A stretch of 64,000 nt of DNA, from assembly GCA_964609385.1 (NCBI GenBank), contig CAZSSM010000002.1, positions 95,270 to 159,269 on the forward strand, in the 5' to 3' direction. Positions 20,201 to 29,500 of this stretch are shown here, piece by piece. A program made the translations under genes and the position numbers. Numbering within the stretch: the first letter of the stretch is position 1; each line of letters begins with the position of its first letter. Source of the DNA: an uncultured Planctomycetia bacterium (lineage in GTDB: Bacteria > Planctomycetota > Planctomycetia > Isosphaerales > Isosphaeraceae). The notes under the pieces were generated by a model. It saw nothing but the letters and a program-made list of their open reading frames with translations, was not told where the DNA came from and did no database searches.

Positions 20201-21575
20201 CGCGGAAGTCGGTGATGCCCGGGACGTGGATCGACTCGAACCACTGCCCAAGGCCCGCCGCGTCCCGGGCCGCATCGCCCTCGAGCATCGGCTTGGGACG
20301 ACCGGGCTCAAAGGCCAGGGCGGAATCCGCGTCGACTTCAGCATCGACGTTGGCCTGGACCTCAGGCGCGGTCGTGGGCGCTGACGGCGACGTCGGCCGC
20401 GTCCGAGGATGCTTCTGAAAGAACTCCCAGATCAGGTCGTTGGCCGCGATGTCCCTCGTGGATTCGCCCAGGAAGGCGACCGGAGGCTCCCGACCCGGCC
20501 AGGTGTGCCCACCGCCCCGGATCTCGATCAGGACCACCTCGGCGCCTCCTCGACCGTTGCCCCAGGTCTTGCGGACGACCGACATTCCGTCGTCGGCGCG
20601 ATCGGGCAGTTCCTCGACCTTCGGTTCCGGATCGCAGCCGTTGGCCTCGACCCAGCACTGGATCGAGAAGTCGACCGAGAGGAACTCTGGCCGGAAGATC
20701 GCCGGGACGTTGGAAGACCCTTTGCCACGACCCCCCTGGAAGGGGGCCAACTCGTCGTCGGTGCCGTGGAAGTGGAGGACCGGGACCGGGCGTTCGGGAT
20801 CGCACGATTCGATGCCCATCGGGCCGGCCACCGGGGCGATCGCGGCGATCCGGTCGGACAGTTCCGAGGCGACCCGATAGGCCATCATCGCGCCATTGGA
20901 AATGCCCGTCGCGTAGATGCGGTCCGGATCGAGGGTCACGGCCGTCTTCAAGTCGTCCAGGATCGCGCGGGTGAACCCGACGTCATCGATGTTCTGCTGC
21001 TTGGCGTAGCCGCCGACGCGGCCGGCGTTGAACGTGAGCGAACGGTCCGGATCCCGTCCGCTACCGTACGGGTAGACGACGAGGAAGCCGGCCTCCTCGG
21101 CCTTCTCGTTGAGGCCGCTGAGTCGAACCATGCTCTCGGGGTTCCCGCCGCCACCGTGATAGGCGATCACAGCAGGCGTCGCCCGCCCAGATCGATAGGA
21201 CTCCGGCACGTAGACCCGATAGCGCCTCTGGACATCGCCGACGGCGATTTCCCGGACATGGTCGCCGGGACCGAGCTTGCCCGTCTTGGGCTGCGGGGCC
21301 ATCACCTGTCGGACCAGATGCGTGCGGAACTCGTCGAAGCTGAGCGTCCCGTCACCGTCACGGTCGGCGCCTCGGAGCCGCGTCGTCAGTTGCGGGAAGC
21401 GGTTCACCTCGTCGACTGAGAGCGAACCGTCACGGTTCGCATCGACGCGACGGAACGCGGTCGTCAGGCGGTTCTGGTCCTGCCCTTTGGCGTCATCCCC
21501 AACCGCCCCGAGTGCGAGAAGGACTATGGATAGGACAACGACGTGGGCGCGGAACTCGAGCTTGATACACATCAT
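17256..21575 (-). CDS. 1439-aa secreted multidomain protein: EF-hand pair + esterase (PHB-depolymerase/LpqC-like alpha/beta hydrolase) + FG-GAP/VCBS repeats with ASPIC/UnbV domain (CRTAC1-like) + C-terminal FGE-sulfatase (SUMF1-like) domain
   Basis: Signal peptide MMCIKLEFRAHVVVLSIVLLALGAVG starts at the ATG at 21575. EF-hand loops DANRDGSLSVDE and DRDGDGTLSFDE. Esterase motifs YVPESY...AYHGGGGN...GISNGAMMAY. Six or more FG-GAP-like loops (DFDGDGYLDLFVS, DVDQDGFIDVALG, DMDNDGDLDLLQS, DVDNDGLFDVIGV, DLNNDGLVDLYIAG). UnbV/ASPIC-like block HWLRLRFSGVRHARLLGARVEIFEP...GGKTVTFEGL. C-terminal FGE domain MVSWNQTRRWLEAINEAHGLSLRLPTEAEWEYACRAGT...FGLYDMLGNVMEWCQD...RGGSWRNFAYNTRSAMRSTRGP...GFRVAAP. 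Confidence 0.7.
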   Translation of the reverse strand: MMCIKLEFRAHVVVLSIVLLALGAVGDDAKGQDQNRLTTAFRRVDANRDGSLSVDEVNRFPQLTTRLRGADRDGDGTLSFDEFRTHLVRQVMAPQPKTGKLGPGDHVREIAVGDVQRRYRVYVPESYRSGRATPAVIAYHGGGGNPESMVRLSGLNEKAEEAGFLVVYPYGSGRDPDRSLTFNAGRVGGYAKQQNIDDVGFTRAILDDLKTAVTLDPDRIYATGISNGAMMAYRVASELSDRIAAIAPVAGPMGIESCDPERPVPVLHFHGTDDELAPFQGGRGKGSSNVPAIFRPEFLSVDFSIQCWVEANGCDPEPKVEELPDRADDGMSVVRKTWGNGRGGAEVVLIEIRGGGHTWPGREPPVAFLGESTRDIAANDLIWEFFQKHPRTRPTSPSAPTTAPEVQANVDAEVDADSALAFEPGRPKPMLEGDAARDAAGLGQWFESIHVPGITDFREGTNGFVLADLDGNGYLDVLAISTPPFALDETWNDNDGDVDRTRDPRDRLRILLNRGGFDFEPRAVTLLGSAATPEDFGQGWRGSQIPAMADFDGDGYLDLFVSRQCPMSNGRVRAGMTPVGCSLFLSDGAFDRFRDRSRDFGALNELAYNRQVSLGDVDQDGFIDVALGADNVVSAFEGLPRSALFVFRPNDGRFEGGRFEDIGGTDLIPDFGGFAHDATRDKAGPNLALRDMDNDGDLDLLQSTHVLINGRFPRNLPYSPATYRQGVFTWKNLLAETGEFRFEKSTDNGLAVEGRLRFDERERRFVPEGDARAPGLAYLFCGDVDNDGLFDVIGVDGSDPTFTPKPEDVGGRFWRNRGGFRFEESTVEAGLGSLNDNYGDWYRFFEAEIPPPLTRPVNLRAFRVTQPGLEPTRPIDLRPYHSDVIFADFDNDTWLDMVVLDRREPKAIETRALFYRNQGGGVFEPVPTTVSGLDGTGISGEAADLNNDGLVDLYIAGDPDNTGQADDLRRFEDKVYLNTGQQGARENHWLRLRFSGVRHARLLGARVEIFEPGTTDRLGTRGIYSHHTYKSGGPFEAHFGLGSATRVDLTVSLPGGKTVTFEGLEGDRFLDLNLDGGTISEVSSGVSPSSASASGDHPGYSEVFTKLREETFACGGQTHTVAIYRCNPFAEALGLEADQTDVACEFVLVPGGRFTMGSTPEVLEAMVAARSVRSRLQDELPPHDVDVPSFLMARTEVTKDLWRRLAGLADLPNDPSFFANADGRAPVEMVSWNQTRRWLEAINEAHGLSLRLPTEAEWEYACRAGTETPIYNGPMTILGRCNCPELGEIAWYMGNCGVDYAGAVNSTRWPQKQEDHRRAGVLPIAQKQANAFGLYDMLGNVMEWCQDHAHASYEGAPTNGSAWLGGDWIPGSPTNGPLSRDQSFVTTRDGPDVPGRIRRGGSWRNFAYNTRSAMRSTRGPNFTDSNQGFRVAAPIPTDR

Positions 21576-21810
21576 CGACAGCCTCAAAGGTTCAGGCATT
21601 CCCAGATGATTCACGACCCTCTGTCCCCTTGAAACCCCGCGCAGTGTGATCGGTTCCGCGACGATTCGACGCCTTTGTGCGGGTTGTCGGACGAGAGGAC
21701 CCGACCCGCGTCGGGAGTCATGAAGAAACAAAAAGCGAGCAGCATAGTTCCTGTTTTTCAAATAGTGTTATTTTTTTTGATGTGTTCAATGCAATCATCG
21801 AAAGTTCTGC

Positions 21811-21927
21811 TTGATCAATCCCCGAAGTTGACCCGCGTGAAGTTGGCCGCCACTTCCTTGGGAATCGTCGAACGGTTCGTCCCGGCACCCCCGTTAGGCT
21901 GCTCAACGTGAGGCTGAAATCGTCCAA
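21811..21927 (-). pseudogene. Orphan 3'-terminal gene fragment paralogous to the C-terminus of the giant beta-helix/RTX protein (no start codon)
   Basis: The minus strand reads ...LLADFGRFQPHVEQPNGGAGTNRSTIPKEVAANFTRVNFGD*. The true end of gene 12053..16506 reads ...VEVDGGEGTDLSEIPDEVAANFTLINFED*. DNA 21811-21890 aligns with 12055-12135 (GTGAAGTTGGCCGCCAC core identical). Reading upstream runs into AT-rich non-coding DNA with an in-frame stop and no ATG. Confidence 0.5.
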
Positions 21928-22271
21928 AGTCAGCCAATAATTTATTTATAATTAAAAAAATGAAATCAACCAGACCATCCGATCCGCCGATATGGACCGA
22001 GCCGTCGTGAAACGTGGATCACCTATTTGTTGATTATTATATCTAAATTATTTATCAAAGCTCGGCCGCAATGAATCGTCCTCCTTAACAACCCCGAGAT
22101 CGCGCGGTCCGCGTCACGGCGACATCTCAGGAGTCGATCCCCAATCCTTGAGTCTCGGCTTCGGCACGCGTAGGCTCGATTTGATCGGTGGGCCGGGGTT
22201 GATCCCGATCCCCTGGTGGTCCGTCCGACCGGGACGGTATCGACGCTTCTCGAACGATTGGCGAGCCCCTC

Positions 22272-24146
22272 ATGATTCCCTTCGGACCAACACAGCGATC
22301 CGTCGTGGTCGCGATCCTCGTGGCGACGCTCAGCCCGGCCGCCGTCCCGCTCAGATCAACGGCTTGGGGGGTCGAGTTGAACGACTTTACTCACGGCCCG
22401 ATCCTAGGCCGGCTCTCCTCGGACGGTGTCGGCGTCTGGGCACGGACGGTCGAGCCGGGCCCGTTCGCCGTCCGGTTCGGGACCGACCCGGAGCGGCTCG
22501 ATCAGCTCAGCGAGCCGGTTGAGACCGAGTTGGCCCATGACAACACCGGTTGGGTTCATCTGAAGGGCCTGGAGTCGGACACGTTTTACCATTATCGGCT
22601 GGAGATCCCGGACAATCCGGGACCGATCGGTCTGGGCGGAACGTTCCGGACGCTGCCCGACGCGGATGACTATCAGCATCCGGAGTACAACCCGGAGGGT
22701 CTGTTCAACTTCGCCTTCGAGTTCGCCTGCGGCAACAACCAGAACTTCGGCGACGGTTCGGGGCCGGGCACGCCGGCCTTCGCCACGATGCTCCGCGAGC
22801 TTCGCGGTCGGATCCACTTCGCGATCCTCAACGGCGACTGGCTCTACGAATCGCGCCGCGACTTCGACGCCGAGCGGTGGCAAGCCCAGGTCGGACGCCT
22901 CGGCGAACCGCTCCCGGCCCCACTCGACATCGCCCCGACCTTGGCGGGCGTCTGGCAGAACTACAAGCAGTTCCTCACCCGTGGGGAGTATCTCAAGCAT
23001 TGGCATCGGCAGGTCCCGTCGTTCTTCACCTACGACGACCACGAGATCTTGAACGATGTCTGGGGCGCGGGCACGGTCGGGCTCCGGGATCGCCGAGCGG
23101 TCTTCCGGGACATCGGCGTGCGGGCCTGGTACGACTACCTGGCCTGGAGCAACCCGACGTCCTTCCCGCAGCCGATCCGGTTCGGTCGCGCCCAGTTGGT
23201 GGCTGACGGGGACGTTCTGACCGATCCCGAAGCCTCCTTCGGCTCGCTCGACCTGGAGCAGGTCAACAACCTCCATGTGCATTGGGGGACGCCGACGGCG
23301 GGGATCAACGACAACGCGCTGGATGGGGTCGGCGGCGACCCGAACGCGGGGGTCTACCGGATCGTCGAGGTGCTCGACGACCAGCGGCTCCGGATCGAGC
23401 CGCCGGCCGACGCCGATGGGGTCTCGACGTATTCGATCGGGCGCCGATCTTACTTCCGGATGCGGGTCTCCAATTGCGACTTCTTCGTCCTCGACACGCG
23501 CGGTCAGCGCGAGCTGCACGACACCCGGCGCCCCGATCAGCCCGGCCTCTCGATGCTCGGGCCGGTCCAGCGCGATTGGCTCTTGGAGGGGGTCCGCTCC
23601 AGCGACGCCGACTTCATCTTCGTCGTCTCGTCGGTCAACTTCATGGTCCCCCACGTCGGCGGCGGCAAGATCCGGACCACCAACAAGGACGACGCCTGGA
23701 CCGTCTTCCTCGACGAGCGCGAGACGCTCATCGAGACCTTCGATGCGCTCGATAAGCCGGTCCTGGTCCTCACCGGCGACCTGCACAACAGCTTCGCCAT
23801 CAAGGTCACCGACAACGTCTGGGAATTCGCCTCGGGGCCGCACAACTCGAACAACCACTGGGCCACCGACGAAGGCGACCGACCGCCCAACGGCCCCTTC
23901 CAGTACGGTCCGCGCCCCGTCGAGATCCGCTGGTCCACCTATTTCCTGCCCGACATCCCCCGCGAGGACCTCCAGTATCCCCACTACTGCGTCGTCCAGG
24001 TCAACAACATCTTCAACAACCCCGACGCCGACAAGAACGATCGCTGGATCCGCTACCCGCGACCCCAACTCGTCGTCCAATACTACGATGGCCTCACCGG
24101 CGACCTCAAATACGCCGAGGCTATTCATGCCAACGCCAAGCCGTAA
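22272..24146 (+). CDS. PhoD-like phosphatase / phosphodiesterase (alkaline phosphatase D family metallophosphatase)
   Basis: N-terminal PhoD_N-like beta-sandwich (WARTVEPGPFAVRFGTDP...FYHYRLE). Calcineurin-like core ILNGDWLYE...FTYDDHEILND...VLTGDLHNSFA. Confidence 0.8.
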   Translation: MIPFGPTQRSVVVAILVATLSPAAVPLRSTAWGVELNDFTHGPILGRLSSDGVGVWARTVEPGPFAVRFGTDPERLDQLSEPVETELAHDNTGWVHLKGLESDTFYHYRLEIPDNPGPIGLGGTFRTLPDADDYQHPEYNPEGLFNFAFEFACGNNQNFGDGSGPGTPAFATMLRELRGRIHFAILNGDWLYESRRDFDAERWQAQVGRLGEPLPAPLDIAPTLAGVWQNYKQFLTRGEYLKHWHRQVPSFFTYDDHEILNDVWGAGTVGLRDRRAVFRDIGVRAWYDYLAWSNPTSFPQPIRFGRAQLVADGDVLTDPEASFGSLDLEQVNNLHVHWGTPTAGINDNALDGVGGDPNAGVYRIVEVLDDQRLRIEPPADADGVSTYSIGRRSYFRMRVSNCDFFVLDTRGQRELHDTRRPDQPGLSMLGPVQRDWLLEGVRSSDADFIFVVSSVNFMVPHVGGGKIRTTNKDDAWTVFLDERETLIETFDALDKPVLVLTGDLHNSFAIKVTDNVWEFASGPHNSNNHWATDEGDRPPNGPFQYGPRPVEIRWSTYFLPDIPREDLQYPHYCVVQVNNIFNNPDADKNDRWIRYPRPQLVVQYYDGLTGDLKYAEAIHANAKP

Positions 24147-25437
24147 GACTCACGTCCCCGAAGGATCTGGGCCAAACCCGATGTGGGGATCTCAATGACG
24201 TTCCGCGTCCTTCGCGACGCCACGCCGCCGGGCGGCTCCGCTCAACCGCTCGGTCGGCTCTGCATCGGATGCTTCTCTAATTGGTCAGATCGAAATTTTA
24301 CCGACTCCGCATCGACTGAAGCGACGGCGAGACAAAAGCGATATTAACGGTTTCGTCCAAGGTATGACAAGACTATCCAAAGCCAGTTCGCTGCGCGTGC
24401 GATTATTGCGGTGGCATATCATTCACCGATACGCGTTACGCGAATAACCCTCTCTGCGAAATCAGAAGCATGTGGTGAAGCCAACTATCTGGTGGTCATC
24501 GTCGATCCAATCCTGGCGCCACTCTCCGAGATTGCCGTGCATGTCAAACAAACCTCAGGAGCTCGATGGATCGCTCCCCACCGTTGTCAGACGCTCCAAA
24601 CCAGTCCTCGATTCATCCAGTATTGTCAGCAACTCGTCGGTGTCCGAATCGAACTCGATCCCGACGCGGATCTTTGCCAACTTGCAACTGATCCGATTCC
24701 CAAACGAGAAGGCTGTTTGTGTCCCCGCATGACACAGATACTCCCATTGGGCTTTGCTCGGAAGACGGTACTCTCAGGTCGTCGGGAGAATGCCCGGGGA
24801 GCGGGCTCGCGACGTGAATGCCTGGCAGAACATCACCGCAACCTCCCAGGTCACACGCTCCACCGGGAACCGATCCGTCGACAGACCGGATACCCTTTCA
24901 CTCCTCCCGACGGTCGAGTTAAACTCACTCGGGTTGTTTCCCATGAACGACTCATACGTGGATTGGGTCACCGGGTACTGTCCGAGGAAAACCCCTTCGT
25001 CAACGTCACAACGTACCGATGCTCGTCATCGACTAGATATTATTTAATATGTAACTCGTGAAAGCTTTATTCCTACAGGATACGATCGGCCGCACCGACC
25101 CGGCTCGTACTCCGGACTGCCCCATCGGAAACTACGTTTGGACGTCTTGTGGAAACGCGACCTAAGTTGGGAATTCTCCGAAACCCGACCCGTTTGTTGA
25201 ACCTCTGCCAAGAACATCGCCTGGCTTTACAGGCTTCTCACCCGAACGATCGAATCACCGTTGTTGGATAGATCGTAAGGAGGAATGAGATCAATAGGCA
25301 AATTCGAACGAGAGATTCGCCTAGGGATTGACTATCGCGACAGAGAGAAATATTCTATCTATGATGCCTTGGCGGCATTGACTGGGGCCAAACACAACCC
25401 TGTTTGAGTCGACCCTGCCAGATTGGGAGTTTGAATC

Positions 25438-26373
25438 GTGACCAATCAATCGATCGAAGTAAGACGACTGTTTTGCCGGAGACTAAGCTTTGAGGGAAAT
25501 AACAACCTGGCAAGACTAACCCTAACTACGATTATCGATGGTTTTGTTGAGAACGATGAACATCTAAAGTTTAAACATATAGGTGTTTCTTTCAACGGCG
25601 CGACTCCAAGTCGGTCCGAGCTTGACCCTCTTCCTGACCGCCTCAACGCAAATAGCCAGGGCGAGCGGATTAGCAAAGGTGAAGAACACCTGATCAACGT
25701 AACAGAATTGGGAAGCAACGTCCTAGTGACTGTTTCTTTCAAGTACCAAACTTCGTCCCCCTTGACTTTAGACGAAATCAGTATGATTAGAATTTCTTTG
25801 AAGTATCCAAATTCAAATCTGGGTGCCGAAGGCACTGATGGGGTCGTATCGATCAATCGTTTAGAAGATTCCAGGTTTCCTGTGTTTGCTGCCGGTGTCC
25901 CTGCACCTTCAGGTGCCGGTTCTAACGAAGAAATCGACGTCCCTCGGTTGGTTTGTCGCAGTCTCAATTTCGGCGCAGGAGATCCACTTAGATTTACAGC
26001 GACCCCTCTCGTTAAAAGATTCGATACCAGTAGCCAACTGGTTCGATTTAGTAATATTGGTATATCATTCAATAACGGGGTTCCCGATCGAAGCGAGCTT
26101 TCTCCCCTTGCTGATCGTCTAAATGACATGTCAAGCTGTGGAGAATCTTATCTCATCAATGTGATCGAACACGGCCCAAGGCAGTATTTACTCCCGGTAA
26201 CATTCGCGTACTCTCGGAGTGCAAGTGCATCGCCTCCTACTATTTCACCCGACAATATTGATACAATTCGGATATCAATGAGATACCCTGATTCTAACGA
26301 ATATGGTGGTGGTAAAGATGGGATCATCCCGATCTTTCCCCTCGAACGCACAGGGCTTCCTCTGGCACCTTGA
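25438..26373 (+). CDS. Hypothetical protein made of two tandem ~150-aa homologous domains, encoded in a low-GC island
   Basis: GTG start, about 42% GC against a ~68% background. Internal duplication: VRRLFCRRLSFEGNN...FKHIGVSFNGATPSRSELDPLPDRLNANSQGE...LINVTELG...IRISLKYPNSNLG matches VPRLVCRSLNFGAGD...FSNIGISFNNGVPDRSELSPLADRLNDMSSCGESYLINVIEHG...IRISMRYPDSNEYG. No signal peptide and no known family motif. Confidence 0.5.
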   Translation: MTNQSIEVRRLFCRRLSFEGNNNLARLTLTTIIDGFVENDEHLKFKHIGVSFNGATPSRSELDPLPDRLNANSQGERISKGEEHLINVTELGSNVLVTVSFKYQTSSPLTLDEISMIRISLKYPNSNLGAEGTDGVVSINRLEDSRFPVFAAGVPAPSGAGSNEEIDVPRLVCRSLNFGAGDPLRFTATPLVKRFDTSSQLVRFSNIGISFNNGVPDRSELSPLADRLNDMSSCGESYLINVIEHGPRQYLLPVTFAYSRSASASPPTISPDNIDTIRISMRYPDSNEYGGGKDGIIPIFPLERTGLPLAP

Positions 26374-26529
26374 GCTAAGTCACCCGTTAACTCTCGATTC
26401 GATCCGGAAAGCCTATCCGTCCAAAGTTGTTTTAGAAACTTGAGGATTCGGAACGTCTTGTTTTTAATTTTAAAAAATCGATATGAGTTGCATAAAATTA
26501 CTGAGTCAATGATTGTGATTTTCTAAATT

Positions 26530-29500
26530 TTAATTAGAAGGTTGACGTTCGGCGAGATCAGATGATTGCTCAAACGAGCGTTCCCAGAAAGACATGACCT
26601 CGTCGACCATCAGTCGCATTTGAAGTTGGGCCGACTTCGCCTGAATCGCCAACTCGCGAGCGATCTCCCGAAGATCGCTCGCCTCTCCAGAACGGCCTTG
26701 GAGACGTCGAGCTATGGCCTGGATGAAGATCAACTCGGCGCACTTTAAAATCGCCTCAGAATCGTCCGAATTCAATCTAAGTTGATTTGTGGCCTGAGAT
26801 AAACCAATCCCCGCGTCGGCGACCGCTCCTTCGAATTCTCCGAGGCTCAGGCGAATCTGACCTCGAACCTGATGAGCCAGTGCATTGGTTGAGCGGATCG
26901 GGATCCAGTCGGGGTTCTGCACCACAAGTCTATCGATCGCCTCAACGGCATGATCGCTCTCCGAGAGCATGTTGATCAGCTCAGGACGACTGTGATCGCT
27001 GATTCCATCCCCAAATTGTGCCTGAACGAAACGAATCCGCGAAACCGTTTGCGAGTGCAGGGCCGTGAGATTGTCCGGTTCAGTGGCCAAAATCTCCTCG
27101 GTAAGGTCGAGAGCTTTTCGAGCCACTTCCTTCGCGTCATTGTGGCGCCCGATTTTGCGGAATGCCCGAGACGTGTTGTTCAGGATTTTCACGAACAAGA
27201 AACGCAAAGAATCCGCGCTCCTCGGACCTGTCGCGACCGACTCGAGGCTGTCGATGGCAGAGCGACAGAGTTCGGCGGCCTCCCGATGCCGGCCGTAGCG
27301 ATGGAAGACCAGAGCTTTCAAGGCTTCGCTGGTGGCCAGAATGAGTTCGGCATTCTTACGGACATCCGCTGGTCCGTCTGGAACAACAAGCGGCTGAAGC
27401 ACTTCGTCAGCCCGATCGAAGAACGTCTCGGCTGCTTCAAACTCTAATGTGGCCAACTCGTTCGCTCCGGCATCGTTGAGCACCATGGCCAAATAGATCC
27501 GGTCGAGCGCGATTCCTTGGGGGGAATCGATCATTTTCGAAAGATTCCTGATGGCCTCGTCGTAGATCGCTTGGGCTTGATCGTTGAGGCCGGTCAGGCG
27601 ATGGGCGTTGGCTTGTTCGCGGAGGTCGCGGATCAGTTCGCGCTTCAAAGCTGGACTGTCAGGGTATCGATCCATCAAATCGCGGTCGAGTTGGACCACG
27701 ATATCGGCCACTTTCCGACGGACTGCGTCACTCCGTGGGACATTGGCCAAGTCGGTTTCGACGATCGTTCGGGCCTCTCGGTTGGCGTCTCGAGCAATCT
27801 CTAAGTTTTTGAGGGCACGTTGCTCGGCATCGCGAGCAATTTTCAGATTGTTGAGGGCGCGCTGCCCGGCATTGCGAGCGATCCTCAGGTTGTCGAGGGC
27901 GCGTTGTTCGGCTCCGAGGGCATTGCTCTTCTCGAACTGGATGTCCTCGATGTAGCGGGCCGTCCCCACGGCTCCGACCAGTCCGAAGGCGATCAGGGCC
28001 ACGGCGGCGACGGCCATGCCGGTCACCAACGGTCGGTGTCGCCGCCCCCAACGACCCAGTCGGACCGGGAAGGGATCGCGGTGGATTTGCACCGGCTCGT
28101 CGGCGAGCCAGCGCTCGAGGTCCTCAGCGAACGCCTTGGCCGACTGGTAGCGATCGTCCCGCTCCTTCTCCATCGCCTTCAGACAGATCGCCTCGAGCGC
28201 GGGGGGGATCGACGGCTTGATCGAGCGTGGGGCGGGGAACTGACACACCTTGGCGGCTTTGAGGATGTTCAGAAAGTCCTCTCCAAGATAAGGGGACTGG
28301 TTGGTCAGTGCTTTGTACAGAATCGCTCCCAGGGCAAAGATGTCGCTGCGATCGTCGACTTGGTCGGGCAGGCCGCGAGCCTGTTCGGGAGACATGTAGT
28401 AGATCGTGCCTCGGAGCTCGCCTTGGAGAGTGGCCCACCGCGTCTCATCAGTGTTTCGAAGGGTTTCCAGGATCTCGTCGTGCAGATCGGAGAATCTCGA
28501 CTCGGCCGGGGAGTCGCCCTCGATCGTGTCTTCGAGTCCGTCTCTACAGGTCTCGGCGGTGACGTGCGGTTGATCGATCCTTAAATCACAGACGATCCGC
28601 TTGGCTAATCCCCAGTCGAGCACGATCGTTTCGCTGAAGCGACCGATCTTGATATTGGACGGCTTGAGATCTCGATGGATGACCCCCTGGTCATGGGCAT
28701 AGGCGATCGTCTCGGCCACCGAGATGACGTTGCCGAGCAGCTTGCGGAATTCGAGGCGATCCCAAGGCCTCGTCTGGTCGCCGAACTGCTTGTGAAACTG
28801 GCCGATCACCTTGGAGAGCGTCTCGCCCTCGACGAATCGCATGGTGTAAAAGGACCGGCCTTCATGATTACGCCCGAGGCTGTAGATCGGAGGGACGCCT
28901 GGATGTGAGAGCTGACCGGTGATCGTCGCTTCGCGTTTGAGGGCCACCTCCTGCATCGGGCCGGTTTTGTCGGAGCGGACCTTCTTCAGCGCGACGTGAC
29001 GGTTGAGTTCCCGGTCACGGGCCCAGTAGATCTCACCGAGACCTCCCCGGTTGTAGAACGATCGGATCACATACCGCTCCGCCTGGGCCACACGATCCGG
29101 CTCGCGATTCGTCGGGGAATGAGACACTTGAACCCACTTCGGATCGATCGGGGTCTTGTCCTGCCCGGCGGGCGAGCTGTTACTGAGCATCACCTCCTGG
29201 ACCATCGGTCTGGTGTCCGAGCCGTTCGGCTTGCCGGACTCGACCAGGTCGTCGGCCAATTGGGGACGGAAGAGGGGGATCTCCTTGTGCAAGGGGTCGA
29301 TCAGGTCACCGAAACGACCGCGGTACTCCTGGATATCGGTCGGCTCGCCGACGGCGGCCCGGCGCTGGACCTCAATCTCAATGAGGGCGCGGATCACGTT
29401 GGTTGGGAAGACGCCGCTCATCAGCGCCAGGAACTGCTCGACGGTCGGCCGCTCTCCACTGTCCCAAACCTCGCGATACCGGTTCTGGAGGGATTCGATC

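Noticed and set aside
17838-20384. Multiple 100-300 aa ORFs on both strands inside 17256..21761 (e.g. 18002..18775 -, 18495..19421 +, 19066..19722 +, 20409..21419 +)
   Set aside because: Alternative-frame or antisense artefacts of the 1439-aa multidomain gene. Only the main frame has recognisable esterase, FG-GAP and FGE motifs.
24411-25061. 216-aa + ORF (and 24472..24732, 24754..25047, 24774..24971) in the low-GC island upstream of the duplicated-domain gene
   Set aside because: No recognisable motifs, mixed composition and several overlapping alternatives. It cannot be called a gene from sequence alone. It is kept only as part of the island finding and may be non-coding or decayed.
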